Source of the DNA: Lama glama
Lineage: Eukaryota
Reading direction: 5' to 3'
Assembly (NCBI GenBank): GCA_028534125.1
Contig: CM052816.1
Location: 86,120,001-86,184,000, forward strand
Length of the DNA stretch: 64,000 bases
How positions within the stretch are numbered: position 1 is the first letter of the stretch; each line of letters begins with the position of its first letter. Positions 12,854 to 24,629 of this stretch are shown here, one piece after another. A program made the position numbers and the translations under genes. Below the pieces are notes generated by a model. The model was not told the DNA's origin and searched no databases. It saw only the letters and a list, made by a program, of their open reading frames with translations.

Positions 12854-13456
12854 TCACACAAGGTTCTTCAGTGCACTCTGAAATCTAGTTATCTATAATA
12901 AATACACATGATACATTAATTATAGATAAGTCTACTTGAGCAACCTGAATTCACTGTGGCTCATGCAAATACAAGGTTTTATCATAGACTTCTTCATTGG
13001 GAGATCACACTGTTTGATGCTTAGAGAAAGCCAAGAACACTTAGGGACAGCTAATTAATATCCAGCAGCTACACCACATAGTGAAGTGGATCAGTGACAG
13101 AAATGACAGTAGTGAACTATTAGACACCAGGACTTCCCAAGACTTGCTTATGTACTTTTTCTTTTAATCATATAAAATAAGGGTTACAAATACAACAGCT
13201 CAAGAAAGTTAGATTTTCCAATTTTTCAAGGGCAGCAAAAAATCTAGATACTAAAATACATGGGCAATCTCAATTTTGAAAATGTTACCTATGTTAGTTT
13301 TAGAAAAAACAATTTGTAGTCTAAACAAAATACAAGACTTTTCTACCACATGAGTAGCCAGACCACGGTTTAAAGTGCCCAAGGGTTTTAAATAATACAG
13401 GGGAGACAGAAGAAATAGCAGACTGAAAATGTGCGCCTGACCCTCTAGCTTGTTTT

Positions 13457-13875
13457 GTGACCAAAGAGGCTTAATACTTCTCTCAGTTTGACTAAATTTT
13501 AGACAAACTTCCTCCTGACTCCAGACCCTGACCTGTGTTTTCTTAGAGAATTTATTCTAGAAAATTTGTAAACTCTTTCTTTGGCCCTTTGAGATGTGAA
13601 TCTACTAAAAAGCCTTTTACAACCCAAGAATGTCTTTCTAAAGGACCTGGGAGCCACCCCTTTGAAATGTAAACATCAAGGAAAATAGCACCCTGATCTC
13701 TCTGTCTTTGTAAGAAGGTAGAAGTCTAACTGTGATAGATACCAATTAACAAACACCAATGACATTAATCAAAGAGAATTTGCAAACTCAGGAATAACTA
13801 AATGTACCTGAGATATCCCATAGATCAATCTTCCTCCGTAATCCCTTCAGTACTTTTCTACTAGCTTACCCCCAT
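13457..13875 (+). mobile_element. MER67-like LTR (ERV1), partial
   Basis: 'ctcagtttgactaaattttagaca..ccctttgagatgt..ctaaaggacctgggagccacccctttgaaatgtaaacatcaagg' matches my recollection of MER67. Confidence 0.7.
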
Positions 13876-14190
13876 GTGCTAGTGGGTCTTAACGATTGGA
13901 CAGGTTTTTAGGCAGGAGTGGTCGAGTTTTCTGCTGTATTTCTCATCACTAGAAGCATGGTCAGCAGATAACAGGTAGTCATCGCATGTGTTTTGAGTAA
14001 GATGAATGTGATATGCATAAATAGGCCTGTTCAAGCCACCGACCTTGTTAGTCTACGAAAATAAAATTAGATAAAATAAAAGGATTTAAAAATGAGAAGA
14101 ATCAAAAGTAGCACATTCTAGAACAAATTGCACAAGTTTTAGTCAGCTGGATGTTAATTTGTGTACAACTTCATCCATTTATCAGTTATG

Positions 14191-14420
14191 TTGTTACCTG
14201 GAGGAGGGAAATAAGAATTACTTTGGTTCTTAGTCACCCGAAAAAAATGAATTTTTATCAAGAGACAGAAAGCGTGATATAAACAAGATTTTATTAGTAA
14301 AATAAAAAGGTAGTAAAATATAGCACACTCCCGAGAATTGGGAGCAGGCCAATCCAGGAGAGGAAAAATGGCACCGCTCCTTTATTTTTCAATGTTTGTG
14401 CCTTGCCCCTTTCCCTTCTG
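14191..14420 (-). mobile_element. LTR 3' fragment, related to the 3993-4533 family
   Basis: 'tgttacc..acccgaa..gagacaga..tttattag..ctcccgagaattgggagcaggccaatcc' parallels the reverse complement of 4370-4533. Confidence 0.65.
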
Positions 14421-14619
14421 TCTCAAAATAATTATTCTAAACAACATTATACTGATTTATATTGGAGGAATATCTAATTATTTTGGAAAAATATCAAATA
14501 GAGATAGTGAGTTATAATTGTTTGAGAATTATCCTGTTTCTAATCATGTCAAGCCTTTGTTTTTATTGTTATTAAAAGTGGCATATTTTCCCCCCACCAA
14601 AGTGAATTTCTAGTCATAC

Positions 14620-14878
14620 TTCAGAATTATTTCCAGGATTAGATTGACGATCATATCTCTGCTAAGCCTGTAATTAGGATCAATCACTCTCTCTGTTCTT
14701 TTGGTATCTTTTCTATACTTGTTATACGAAACACATTTCATTGCACTGTACTTGTCTATCTTTGATTAAACTGAGACCTTCTTGATGCAGGAAATGTCAC
14801 TCTTTCATTGCTATTTCTTGAAGACCTATCATCTGTGTCTGGCACATAATATATACTCAATATTCAGTTGTTGATAGG
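14620..14878 (+). mobile_element. LINE-2 3' end remnant
   Basis: 'ctgagaccttcttgatgcaggaaatgtc..tgtgtctggcacataatatatactcaatattcagttgttga'. Confidence 0.6.
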
Positions 14879-15332
14879 GTGGCTAGCTAGCTGGCTGAGG
14901 TCTTTTTTCTCAATTTTTGTTTCAATGTGAATAAACCATGAAGATTTAAGATACAATCTTAAAAAGGAAAGCAAAATTATTTTTAGCCCCCTCTGAAAAT
15001 AACAATACTGGCAAAGGTTAATGAGTTCAATAATGGGTTGTATTTGGCTTGAGACGCAAGAATATACCAAAATACTTTATTGTTGTCACTGAAACTTTGT
15101 TTATTGCCAACGAAGCTGACAGATGCAGAGGAGAGAATACACATACACCACACATACTCTCTCACTTGTGCCACTGCTTGACAAAATAAATTCTTCAAAT
15201 GTTGTAAAATTGTGAAATGTGTCAGGAATATTGTAAAGATTTCTATTTGTTTGATTCCACAAATTATAGTTTACAAAGACAGAATGCATCATGGTTTTTG
15301 AACAGACACCAAAATGAATAGCTTTTAAAAAT

Positions 15333-15560
15333 GCTAGCATTTATTGTGTTATTTCTCTGTGCCAAGCACAGACTACACATTTTCCATTTCATTTAATCTA
15401 CACATTAATCCTGTGTAGTAATTACTATTGGGTTTCCATTTTTCTTGAGAAGAAACTTACGACTAGAGAATAACTGAATGAAGTCCCCTCAGTTAATATG
15501 AGGAGAAATCTAAATTTGCATATAGGGATCTCTGAACCCAAAGCCTGTGTGTTTGCACTA
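15333..15560 (-). mobile_element. MIR SINE
   Basis: 'gctagcatttattg..tgtgccaagcac..atttaatc..tccattttt..gaagaaact..tctctgaacccaaagcctgtg'. Confidence 0.7.
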
Positions 15561-18500
15561 CTGGTTGTGTACAGCAGTTCTAGGGTTACAGAAAGACCTG
15601 CATGGACTCTTCAAACTTCTGCAGTTTCTAACAGAGGACCTCAATAAGAGGCTGAATACATTTTTACTGTGTAATAACCTTGGCTTTGGCAGAGTATAGG
15701 AAGGGAATGGATGTACCTGCAGTATAGATGTTATGCTAAAAGATGATTCTGGAGTACAAATATGTCTTTAGTATTCTTTGCTCCAGAGGAGGCTAAACCT
15801 AGGAATAATTCAGATTGGAGGAGAGAGAGTAGTAACTTTTCTAAAAGAACAAAAAGTGATGATTGTCTTGTACCCAAAGCTTTTGAAGATACCATGTTTG
15901 CATAGATAGAGTTTTTTGCGGGTTTTTTTGAGCAAACCTTTTCATTTTTACAGCTAATAGAAGCTTTCATATGGATTCATTACTTTATAGAGAAGAAAAA
16001 GTGAATGAGAGAAAAAGAAGAGCAACTAAGGAGAGGAACTTTATGATGCACATTATATGCAACCAAGTTAATGATGAAATTTCATTTTCTTTAAGACTCT
16101 GAAGACTTAGAAACATAGAAACACAAATCACACCTTCTTAATTAGAACAAATTAATTACTAAAAATGATGAAAACAATTTGCAATATCTTCATTTTCCCT
16201 AAAATTACGTATTAGTTTCTACATGCATTTCTACCAGAATACAATTTCTGTTTATTAACATTTGTTGCCAAGAACTGTATATCATCCATAATTCTGGGTT
16301 ATTAAATTCCTGAAGCATGCAATACAGCCAACTTAATAGATTTTATGCAAATTGTTATACAACAAAATAAGAGCAGATGGTACTCATCATATCAGAATCT
16401 TTCCATAATAGTTTCATATTTTTGTTAAAATTAAACAAAACGTAAAGGTACTTCTGTGGCTTTTATCCCATTTTAATTAAGTACCCCTAAGAATTTTTTA
16501 GCCATTGTCCTAACCTTTTGCACCACATTATGATAAAATTTCTGTTTTAACATTCTTTTGGTATTAAGTAAGTTACTATTTTTGACTTGTTACTAAGCTT
16601 TATGGGATAATTAGTGCATACTAACGTTTTCATTGTAAAATAATGTATAGCTATATAGAGAAGAAAATTCAGCTTAGGATATAGTTTAACAACTAAAGTA
16701 CAAAAAATATCAAAATATTAAGTTGCTAGTGTTATATTTAGGTTTGTGAATACATAAAATTGGCATATAAATACATGCACTCAAATGTATATATTTATAA
16801 CCCATGTCTTATCAAATATGTTTTCTTTCTATATTTAAGAAATGCAGTATAAAGATAATTGTCCCAAGAGCAATTATATGTAGACAACAAATTTGAATGC
16901 AGCACACATGTTCTTTAATTCTATGATTTCATAAATTTATGTATACAATGAGAACATTGCATTTCACAGTTCCATTGAACTTTTATAAAATGGCTTTTAG
17001 AATTGTAATAGTGCAAATAAAGTAATGATTTGGTTGGAAACTCATTTTTACTTTTATTTAAATTTAGAAAATTATATAGGGCAAATGTTTATTTTGAGCA
17101 TTGGGAAAGAAATCAGACATAAGTTGTGATTGTCGAAGTAAGTCTGAGGAAGGTTGCTTTGTCAGTCCGTTGGCTTCCTAAAATGAAGCCCATAAAAGGG
17201 CATGGGAAGATGTATATGTCAAGCTTAACGTACACAATAATTCTGCTCTTTGTATAATGAAGAATTTAATTTGAAATGTAACAGACTAAAACAAAGAGAA
17301 GCACGTGTATCTCTACAGGACTCTAAAGAGCCAAAGAATTCTATTCCTGTTTTATTTCTCAATGGACAGTTATAAAGGGATCTTCCACTGTGCCCGTATT
17401 ATGAGATATATTTTAACACAAATTAAAAAAAAATTAAAGTGAGTGGGTAAATTGAAAAAAAAACAAGCAAACAAAAATATGCCATAGAAATAGGTCACAG
17501 TGTTTTATGATAATAAATTGAAATGTTGAAATAATATATGAAATAATAATTTCATGTTGAAATAATTTCTCTTGGATGGTTAATAAAACTGACATTACTG
17601 TGGTATAATAAAATTATCAATTATTAACAAAATATTTAAAACTATATTACCCCTCGAAAATTAGGTCAATCACAAAATATCTACTTGATCAAATGGAAAA
17701 TTATTTAGTTTCTAGAAGTATTTGAAAAATAATATAAAAATCTGTCTTATAGTTAAACTTTTATCACAGAAATATATACTAATTTTAATATTTTTTATTA
17801 ATTAAAAGTAATTAAAAATAAATGGACAGAGCATGTTATTTGGCCATTTATGAGTTTACTATTCAGAATTAAAAGCTTTCACCAATATTAGCAATAATTG
17901 CTCAGAAAGAGAAGTTAAAATTTTTTTTAAAAATAGCACCCAAAATTATAAATTGTCAACAAATAAACAAGGGTTATAGATTTTTTAAAAAGCTAGAATA
18001 TACACCAATATTGCATTTATATAAATAGAGACTAATGAATAATCCTTAAATTGTAAAATAAGAGGAAGAAAGGTCAGATTTCCTCAATTTATGTAGTCAT
18101 ATAACATAATTTTATTTGAAATACTGGATTTCCCCATAAACTTAAAAAATTTGTTTTAAAATTCACAAGGAAAATGAACTGCATAAAAATAGAATAATAT
18201 GCCTACAGTTGTCATAAAATATATGAAAGTATTGTAAAACTTCATTGATTAAATAATTGTGATGCTGGCCCAACAACAGATATGCAGATCAATGAGCTGA
18301 AGACAAGTTATTAATTAAAGAAAAATTTATTGGATAAAACTGGCATTTGAAATTAAAGGAACAAAGTGCTGATTATTCAGTGAATGGCATGATTTACAGT
18401 TGTTAATAATACAATTGCTATTTCTGATCTGTCAGCTTTCCTTTGAAATAGTGATTCTGAATGTTTAGAATCCTTTTTATTATATTATAAATCTCTTCTC

Positions 18501-18801
18501 TATAAGTTTTTCTATGCATATAATAGTAAAAATACAGCTTTAATTACAGTGTTTCTTTTGATCATTCTAAGTTTTTTGTCTGATTTGAATGTTGAAATGT
18601 AGATACATTTGAATATCAACAGACTCTATTGTCTCTTTAAATGTTTCATATTAAACTTATTTTCCTTACTATTAGTTTTACATTTATGTATTAGAATGTG
18701 TTAAATAGCCATATCATGTATATACACATCTCTATTTTGTGTAAAATATCTTTCATCATCTTGGCTTTCCTCCCCTCAGACTCCTAAAGAAATTTCTTTT
18801 T

Positions 18802-20655
18802 AAGAAGGTAAAGAAACAATCCCCTTTAAGATAGCAGGCAAAGTAATAAAATACCTAGGAATAAATCTAACCAAGGAGGTGAAAGAATTATACACAGAAA
18901 ACTATAAACCATTGATGAAGGAAATTAAAGAAGACTTTAAAAAATGGTCCTGGATTGGAAGAATCAATATTGTTAAAATGGTCACACTGCCCAAGGCAAT
19001 CTACAGATTTAATGCAATCCCAATCAAATTACCCAGGACATATTTCACAGAACTAGAACAAATCATAATAAAATTTATATGGAACCACAAAAGACCTAGA
19101 ATGTCAAAGCATTACTGAAGAGAAAGAAAGAGGCTGGAGGAATAACTCTCGCAGACTTCAGACAATACTATAGAGCTACAGTCATCAAGACAGCATGGTA
19201 TTGGTACAATAACAGACATATAGACCAATGGAACAGAATAGAGAGCCCAGAAATGAACCCACAAACTTTTGGTCAACTCATCTTTGACAAAGGAGGCAAG
19301 AATATACAATGGAATAAAGACAGTCTCTTCAGCAAATGGTGTTGGGAAAACTGGACAGCAGCATGTAAATCAATGAAGCTAGAACACTCCCTTACACCAT
19401 ACACAAAAATCAACTCAAAATGGATCAGAGACTTAAACATAAGACAAGATACAATAAACCTCCTAGAGGAAAATATAGGCAAAACATTATTTGACATACA
19501 TCTCAAAAATGTTCTCCTAGGACAGTCTACACAAGCAATAGAAATAAAAGCAGGAATAAACAAATGGGACCTAATTAAACTTACAAGCTTCTGCAAAGGA
19601 AACCGTAAATAAAACAAAATGACAACCTATGGAATGGAGAAAACTTTTGCAAATGAAACCAACAAAGGCTTGATCTCCAGAATATATAAGCAGCTCATAC
19701 GACTTAATAAGAAAAAAACAAACAACTCAATTTAAAAATGGGCCAAAGACCTAAACAAGCAATTCTCCAAGGAAGAAATATAAATGATCAATAGACACAT
19801 GAAAAAATGCTCAATATCACTAATTATCAGAGAAAGGCAAATCAAAACTACAATGAGATATCACCTCACACCAGTCAGAATGGCCATCATTCAAAAGTCC
19901 ACAAATGACAAATGCTGGAGAGGCTGTGGAGAAAAGGGAGCCCTCCTACACTGCTGGTAGGAATGCAGTTTGGTGCAGCCACTGTGGAAAACAGTGTGGA
20001 GATTCCTCAAAAGCCTAGGAATAGACTCACCATATGACCCAGGAATCCCGCTTCTGGGCATATATCCAGAAGGAACCCTAATTCAAAAAGACACCTGCAC
20101 CCCAGTGTTCATAGCAGCACTATTTACAATAGCCAAGACATGGAAACAGCCTAAATGTCCATCAACAGATGACTGGATAAAGAAGAAGTGGTATATTTAT
20201 ACAATAGAATACTATTCAGCCATAAAAATGAAAACATAATGCCATTTGCAGCAACATGGATGCTCCTGGAGAATATCATTCTAAGTGAAGTAAGCCAGAG
20301 AGAGAAAGAAAAATACCATGTGAAATCACTCATCTGTAGAATCTAAAAAAAAAAAAGAAGAAGAACATAAATACAAAACAGAAGCAGACCCATAGACATA
20401 GAATACAAACTTGTGGTTGCCAAGGGGTCAGGGGTTGGGAAGGGACAGACTGGGATTTCAAAATGTTGAATAGATAAACAAGATTATAGTGTATAGCACA
20501 GGGAAATATATACAAGATCTTGTGGTAGCTCACAGGGAAAAAAAAAAGTGACAATGAATATATGTATGTTCATGTATAACTGAAAAATTGTGCTCTACAC
20601 TGGAATTTGACACAACATTGTAAAATGACTATTACTCAATAAAAAATGTTAAAGA
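18802..20655 (+). mobile_element. Young 5'-truncated LINE-1 (frameshifted C-terminal ORF2 + 3'UTR + A tail)
   Basis: ORF2 peptides ([67 protein letters not shown]); perfect 16-bp TSD aaagaaatttcttttt at 18786-18801 and 20656-20671. Confidence 0.97.
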
Positions 20656-21273
20656 AAAGAAATTTCTTTTTTAATTATTAAAAATATAAACAATCCCATG
20701 GGGAAAGGAGAAAGCCATGGACTGAGACATCTAGAACATATTAATTGTTTGAAATTTCAAATATAAAGTCTGCAAAAAATAAATGCTATCTTAAATCCCC
20801 ATTACTTTTTAAAAATACAGTACATAAATATGAAGCTTCACACATCAAGTTTATAAACCATACTTAAACATTTTAGTAACATAGCAGTCAACCCTAGACC
20901 ATTATGAAAATGAAACAGAAGTCCTCTGAAATCTGAACTCTGAGATCCTTTAAACATATTCGTCCAATTGCATCAGGAAATAGCCTGACAGGGTGCCACA
21001 TATAAGAAAATATGTATTGGAAGCCCTGCTATTAGAGGTACGGTCTAGATACTCTGGAAACAATCAAGTCAAGAGCAATTAACTGACTGTGGAGTGGTGA
21101 GATTATAAATATTTGTATTATTTACTATATTAAAAACTAGTACACCATATATGATGCATTTGAGGCAATAATTAAACACAAATTTTGTGCACATCAAAAT
21201 TAACTTCAATCCATCAATTTGGATAAAAGTCAATAACTACTTATACTCAAAGATTAAGAAGATGACAACATGA

Positions 21274-22157
21274 TTAAAGGAGTGATACAAGATGAAGACA
21301 TTACACTCGTTAATATATATGTACCCAATATAGGAGCACCTAAGTACATACAAGAATTACTAACAGAGATAAAGGGGGATATTGATGGGAATACAATCAT
21401 AGTTGGAGATTTTAACACTGCATTAACATCACTAGACAGATCTTCCAGACAGAAAATAAACAAGGCAACAGAGAAATTAAATACTACAATAGAAAAACTA
21501 GATTTGGTGGATATTTTCAGANNNNNNNNNNNNNNNNNNNNNNNNNNNNNNNNNNNNNNNNNNNNNNNNNNNNNNNNNNNNNNNNNNNNNNNNNNNNNNN
21601 NNNNNNNNNNNNNNNNNNNNNNNNNNNNNNNNNNNNNNNNNNNNNNNNNNNNNNNNNNNNNNNNNNNNNNNNNNNNNNNNNNNNNNNNNNNNNNNNNNNN
21701 NNNNNNNNNNNNNNNNNNNNNNNNNNNNNNNNNNNNNNNNNNNNNNNNNNNNNNNNNNNNNNNNNNNNNNNNNNNNNNNNNNNNNNNNNNNNNNNNNNNN
21801 NNNNNNNNNNNNNNNNNNNNNNNNNNNNNNNNNNNNNNNNNNNNNNNNNNNNNNNNNNNNNNNNNNNNNNNNNNNNNNNNNNNNNNNNNNNNNNNNNNNN
21901 NNNNNNNNNNNNNNNNNNNNNNNNNNNNNNNNNNNNNNNNNNNNNNNNNNNNNNNNNNNNNNNNNNNNNNNNNNNNNNNNNNNNNNNNNNNNNNNNNNNN
22001 NNNNNNNNNNNNNNNNNNNNNGTTATGATAAATCACAGAAAAAAAAATGTGACAATGAGTGTGTATATGTCCATGAATGACTGAAAAATTGTGCTGAACA
22101 TGCTGAACACTGGAATTTGACACAACACTGTAAAATGATTATGAATCAATAAAAAAA
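21274..22157 (+). mobile_element. Young LINE-1 truncated in the endonuclease domain, spanning an assembly gap
   Basis: Open EN-domain peptide (NIYVPN..IIVGDFNTAL..DRSSRQKINK) left of the gap and L1 3' end right of it; perfect 18-bp TSD aagaagatgacaacatga at 21256-21273 and 22158-22175. Confidence 0.95.
21522..22021. other. Assembly gap of exactly 500 N
   Basis: Directly visible. Confidence 1.
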
Positions 22158-22175
22158 AAGAAGATGACAACATGA

Positions 22176-22900
22176 ATCACAACAGATTGAGAGGAAATAG
22201 TTGATAAATGAATACCTGAAATATATGGAAAAAATACAAATTTCAAAAGAAAACGAAACTATCCAATAAAAGAGGAGGTCAAAATATTTGAACCATACTA
22301 CAAAAATGTAGAATTACAGAGAGAAATAAGCACTTCAAACGTTCAACATCTTTAGGCATTAAGGAAATACCAATTATACCAAAATGAGAGTGCCGAATCC
22401 TAACCACTAGACCACCAGGGAGCGTCAATTATACCAAAATGAAATACTACTACATACCTAAAAAAATGGATAGAATTGAAACAAACAACAACAACAAAAA
22501 ACCTGACCATACCAAGATTTGATGAAGAAGGGGAGAGCAACTGGAAATCCCATACGTTGCTGGAAGGACTGTAAAATTATATCACCATTCTGTAAGATAG
22601 GCTAGTATTTTCTCATAAATTTAAATATACACTAACCATATGAACTCAAGATCCCTCCCAGTTATTTACTCAAGAGAAATAAAAACTTCTGTTTATACAC
22701 AACCTTTATGCAAGTATTTATCATGGCTTTATTCATAACCACTGAAAAGTATAAACAACACAAATGTCCCTCAACCAGGAAATGGACAAACTCTATTCAT
22801 GCATAAAATGAAAGTAATACAAAAGAATGAACTACAGATACATGCAACAAGAATGAATCTCAAATGCATTATGCTAAGTAAGCAAACTCAAAAGGGTATG
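22176..22900 (+). mobile_element. Old L1M 3' ORF2/3'UTR remnant
   Basis: Decayed L1 motifs 'aaggaaataccaatt..aaatgtccctcaacc..gaatgaatctcaaatgcattatgctaagt'. Confidence 0.75.
22385..22421 (-). pseudogene. Tailless retrocopy of the 5' half of tRNA-Glu(CTC)
   Basis: Minus strand TCCCTGGTGGTCTAGTGGTTAGGATTCGGCACTCTCA equals the first 37 nt of mammalian tRNA-Glu-CTC as recalled, with one CpG-type change; perfect 17-bp TSD caattataccaaaatga (22371-22387 / 22426-22442); no poly(A). Confidence 0.93.
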
Positions 22901-22909
22901 TAAATGTCC

Positions 22910-24620
22910 TCTGTAAAACATTAACAAATCACATCCAATAATGTTTAAAAATAATTATATTCTATGACTAACTGGGCTTTATTCTAGATATGCAAAGCTA
23001 GTTCCTCATTTGAAAATCAGTCAAGGTAATATATCATGTCAGTAGGCTAAAGACGGAATCATATGATCATATCATTGAATGCAGATAAAGCATTTTAAAA
23101 ATCAACATCATTTGTAATTCTCTCAGCAAACTTGGAATAGAGAGAATCTTCCTCAGTGTGATAAAGAAGAGCTCCAAAAATTCTACAGCTAACATCATGC
23201 TTAACATTGAATGACTGAATGCTTTCCCTGCAGTTCAGGTACAGGACAAAAATATCCACTCTGATTCAACATAGTACTGGAAATAGTGCCCACTATATTG
23301 AGTAAAAAATTAAGAAATAAAAGTCATACAGATTGAAAAGAAGAAATAAAATTCTCCATGTTTGAAAACAGCATGATTGTCTATATTAAAAAAAAAATTC
23401 TTGGAATTAATGAGTTCAGCAAGGTTGCAAGAATAAAGCCAATACACACAAAAAATCACATTTCTATATACTAATAATAAGTATATGGAGACCGAAATTT
23501 AAAAGTCAGTATCTTTTACCATTGTTCCCAAAAATGAAATACTTAAATATAAATTTAACAAAACATGTACAAGATCAGTATCTCGAAAATTATAAATTAA
23601 TTGCTGAAATAAATCAAAGGCCTTAAATAAATGGAAAGATATAGTGTGTTCAAGGATTGAAAGACCTAATTTTAAAAAATGATGTCAATGTTTAATGAAA
23701 TCCCTATCAAAATCTAAGCAAAGTTTCTTTCTTATAGACATACACAAGGTTATCTAAACTTTGTATGGACATGTATGGACCTTAGAATATCTATAACAGG
23801 ATTGAAAAGTAAGTAGGAAGTAAGGGGGATTTCACTTTACCTGATAGTAAGGCCAACTGTATAGCTACAGTAAATAAAAGAGTGTGGTATTGGCAAAGGG
23901 ATAGACACATAGATCAATAGAACAAAATTGAGGACCCAGAAATAGATCCACATAAATAAATATGCCCAACTGTGTTTTGACAAAGGTGTAAAAGCAATTC
24001 AGTTAAGGAGGATAACCTTTTCAACAAACTGTGCTTGAGCAATTGAACATCCACAAATATAAACAAAACAAAAACAAAATGACAAATAAAAAACTGAAAC
24101 CTAAACCTACACCTAAACCTCACATACTTTACATAAAAACTAATTCAAAATGCATAATGGACTTCAATGTAGAACTATAAATCTTCTAGAAAAAGTAAGG
24201 AGAAATATTTAGGATCTAGGACTAGACAGTTGTTAGATTTTATATCAAAAGTACAATTGAAAAAAATGATAAATTGGATCTCATCAAAATTAAAAACTGT
24301 TGCTATGCTGAAAGTTAAAAGAATGAACAGAGAAGCAGCAGATCAAGGAAAAAATGCTGGTAACAACATACCTGACAAAGGATTTGTATCTAGAGTATAT
24401 AAAGAACTCTTAAAATTCAACAGTAAAAGAATAACAGTACATGAGGAGGGCAAAATACATGCACAGATATTTCAGTGAAAAGGATTTACAGATGGAAAAT
24501 AAACATATGAAAAGATCATAAAGGAAATGTAAGTTAAAACCATGAGATATTATTACACAACTAGTAGAATGACCAAAATTAAAAAAAAAAGTGTAAACAC
24601 CAAATTCTGCAGAAGATGCA
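22910..24620 (+). mobile_element. Old L1M ORF2 remnant (RT to C-terminal region)
   Basis: Decayed ORF2 motifs 'gcagataaagcatttt..ctacagctaacatcatgctt..gttcagcaaggttgca..gtgtggtattggcaaagggatagaca'. Confidence 0.85.
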
Positions 24621-24629
24621 GAGAGAAAA

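Noticed and set aside
15010..15110. HNF1-like and FOX-like sites as a liver enhancer
   Set aside because: HNF1 match is only a half site; such motifs are expected by chance in AT-rich DNA
18879..20239. ORFs with RT-associated homology as a gene or novel RT system
   Set aside because: Frameshifted fragments of a 5'-truncated L1 ORF2
21254..22123. Two longest ORFs (289 aa and 252 aa)
   Set aside because: Length is an artefact of translating the N gap; the real part is L1 endonuclease or its antisense
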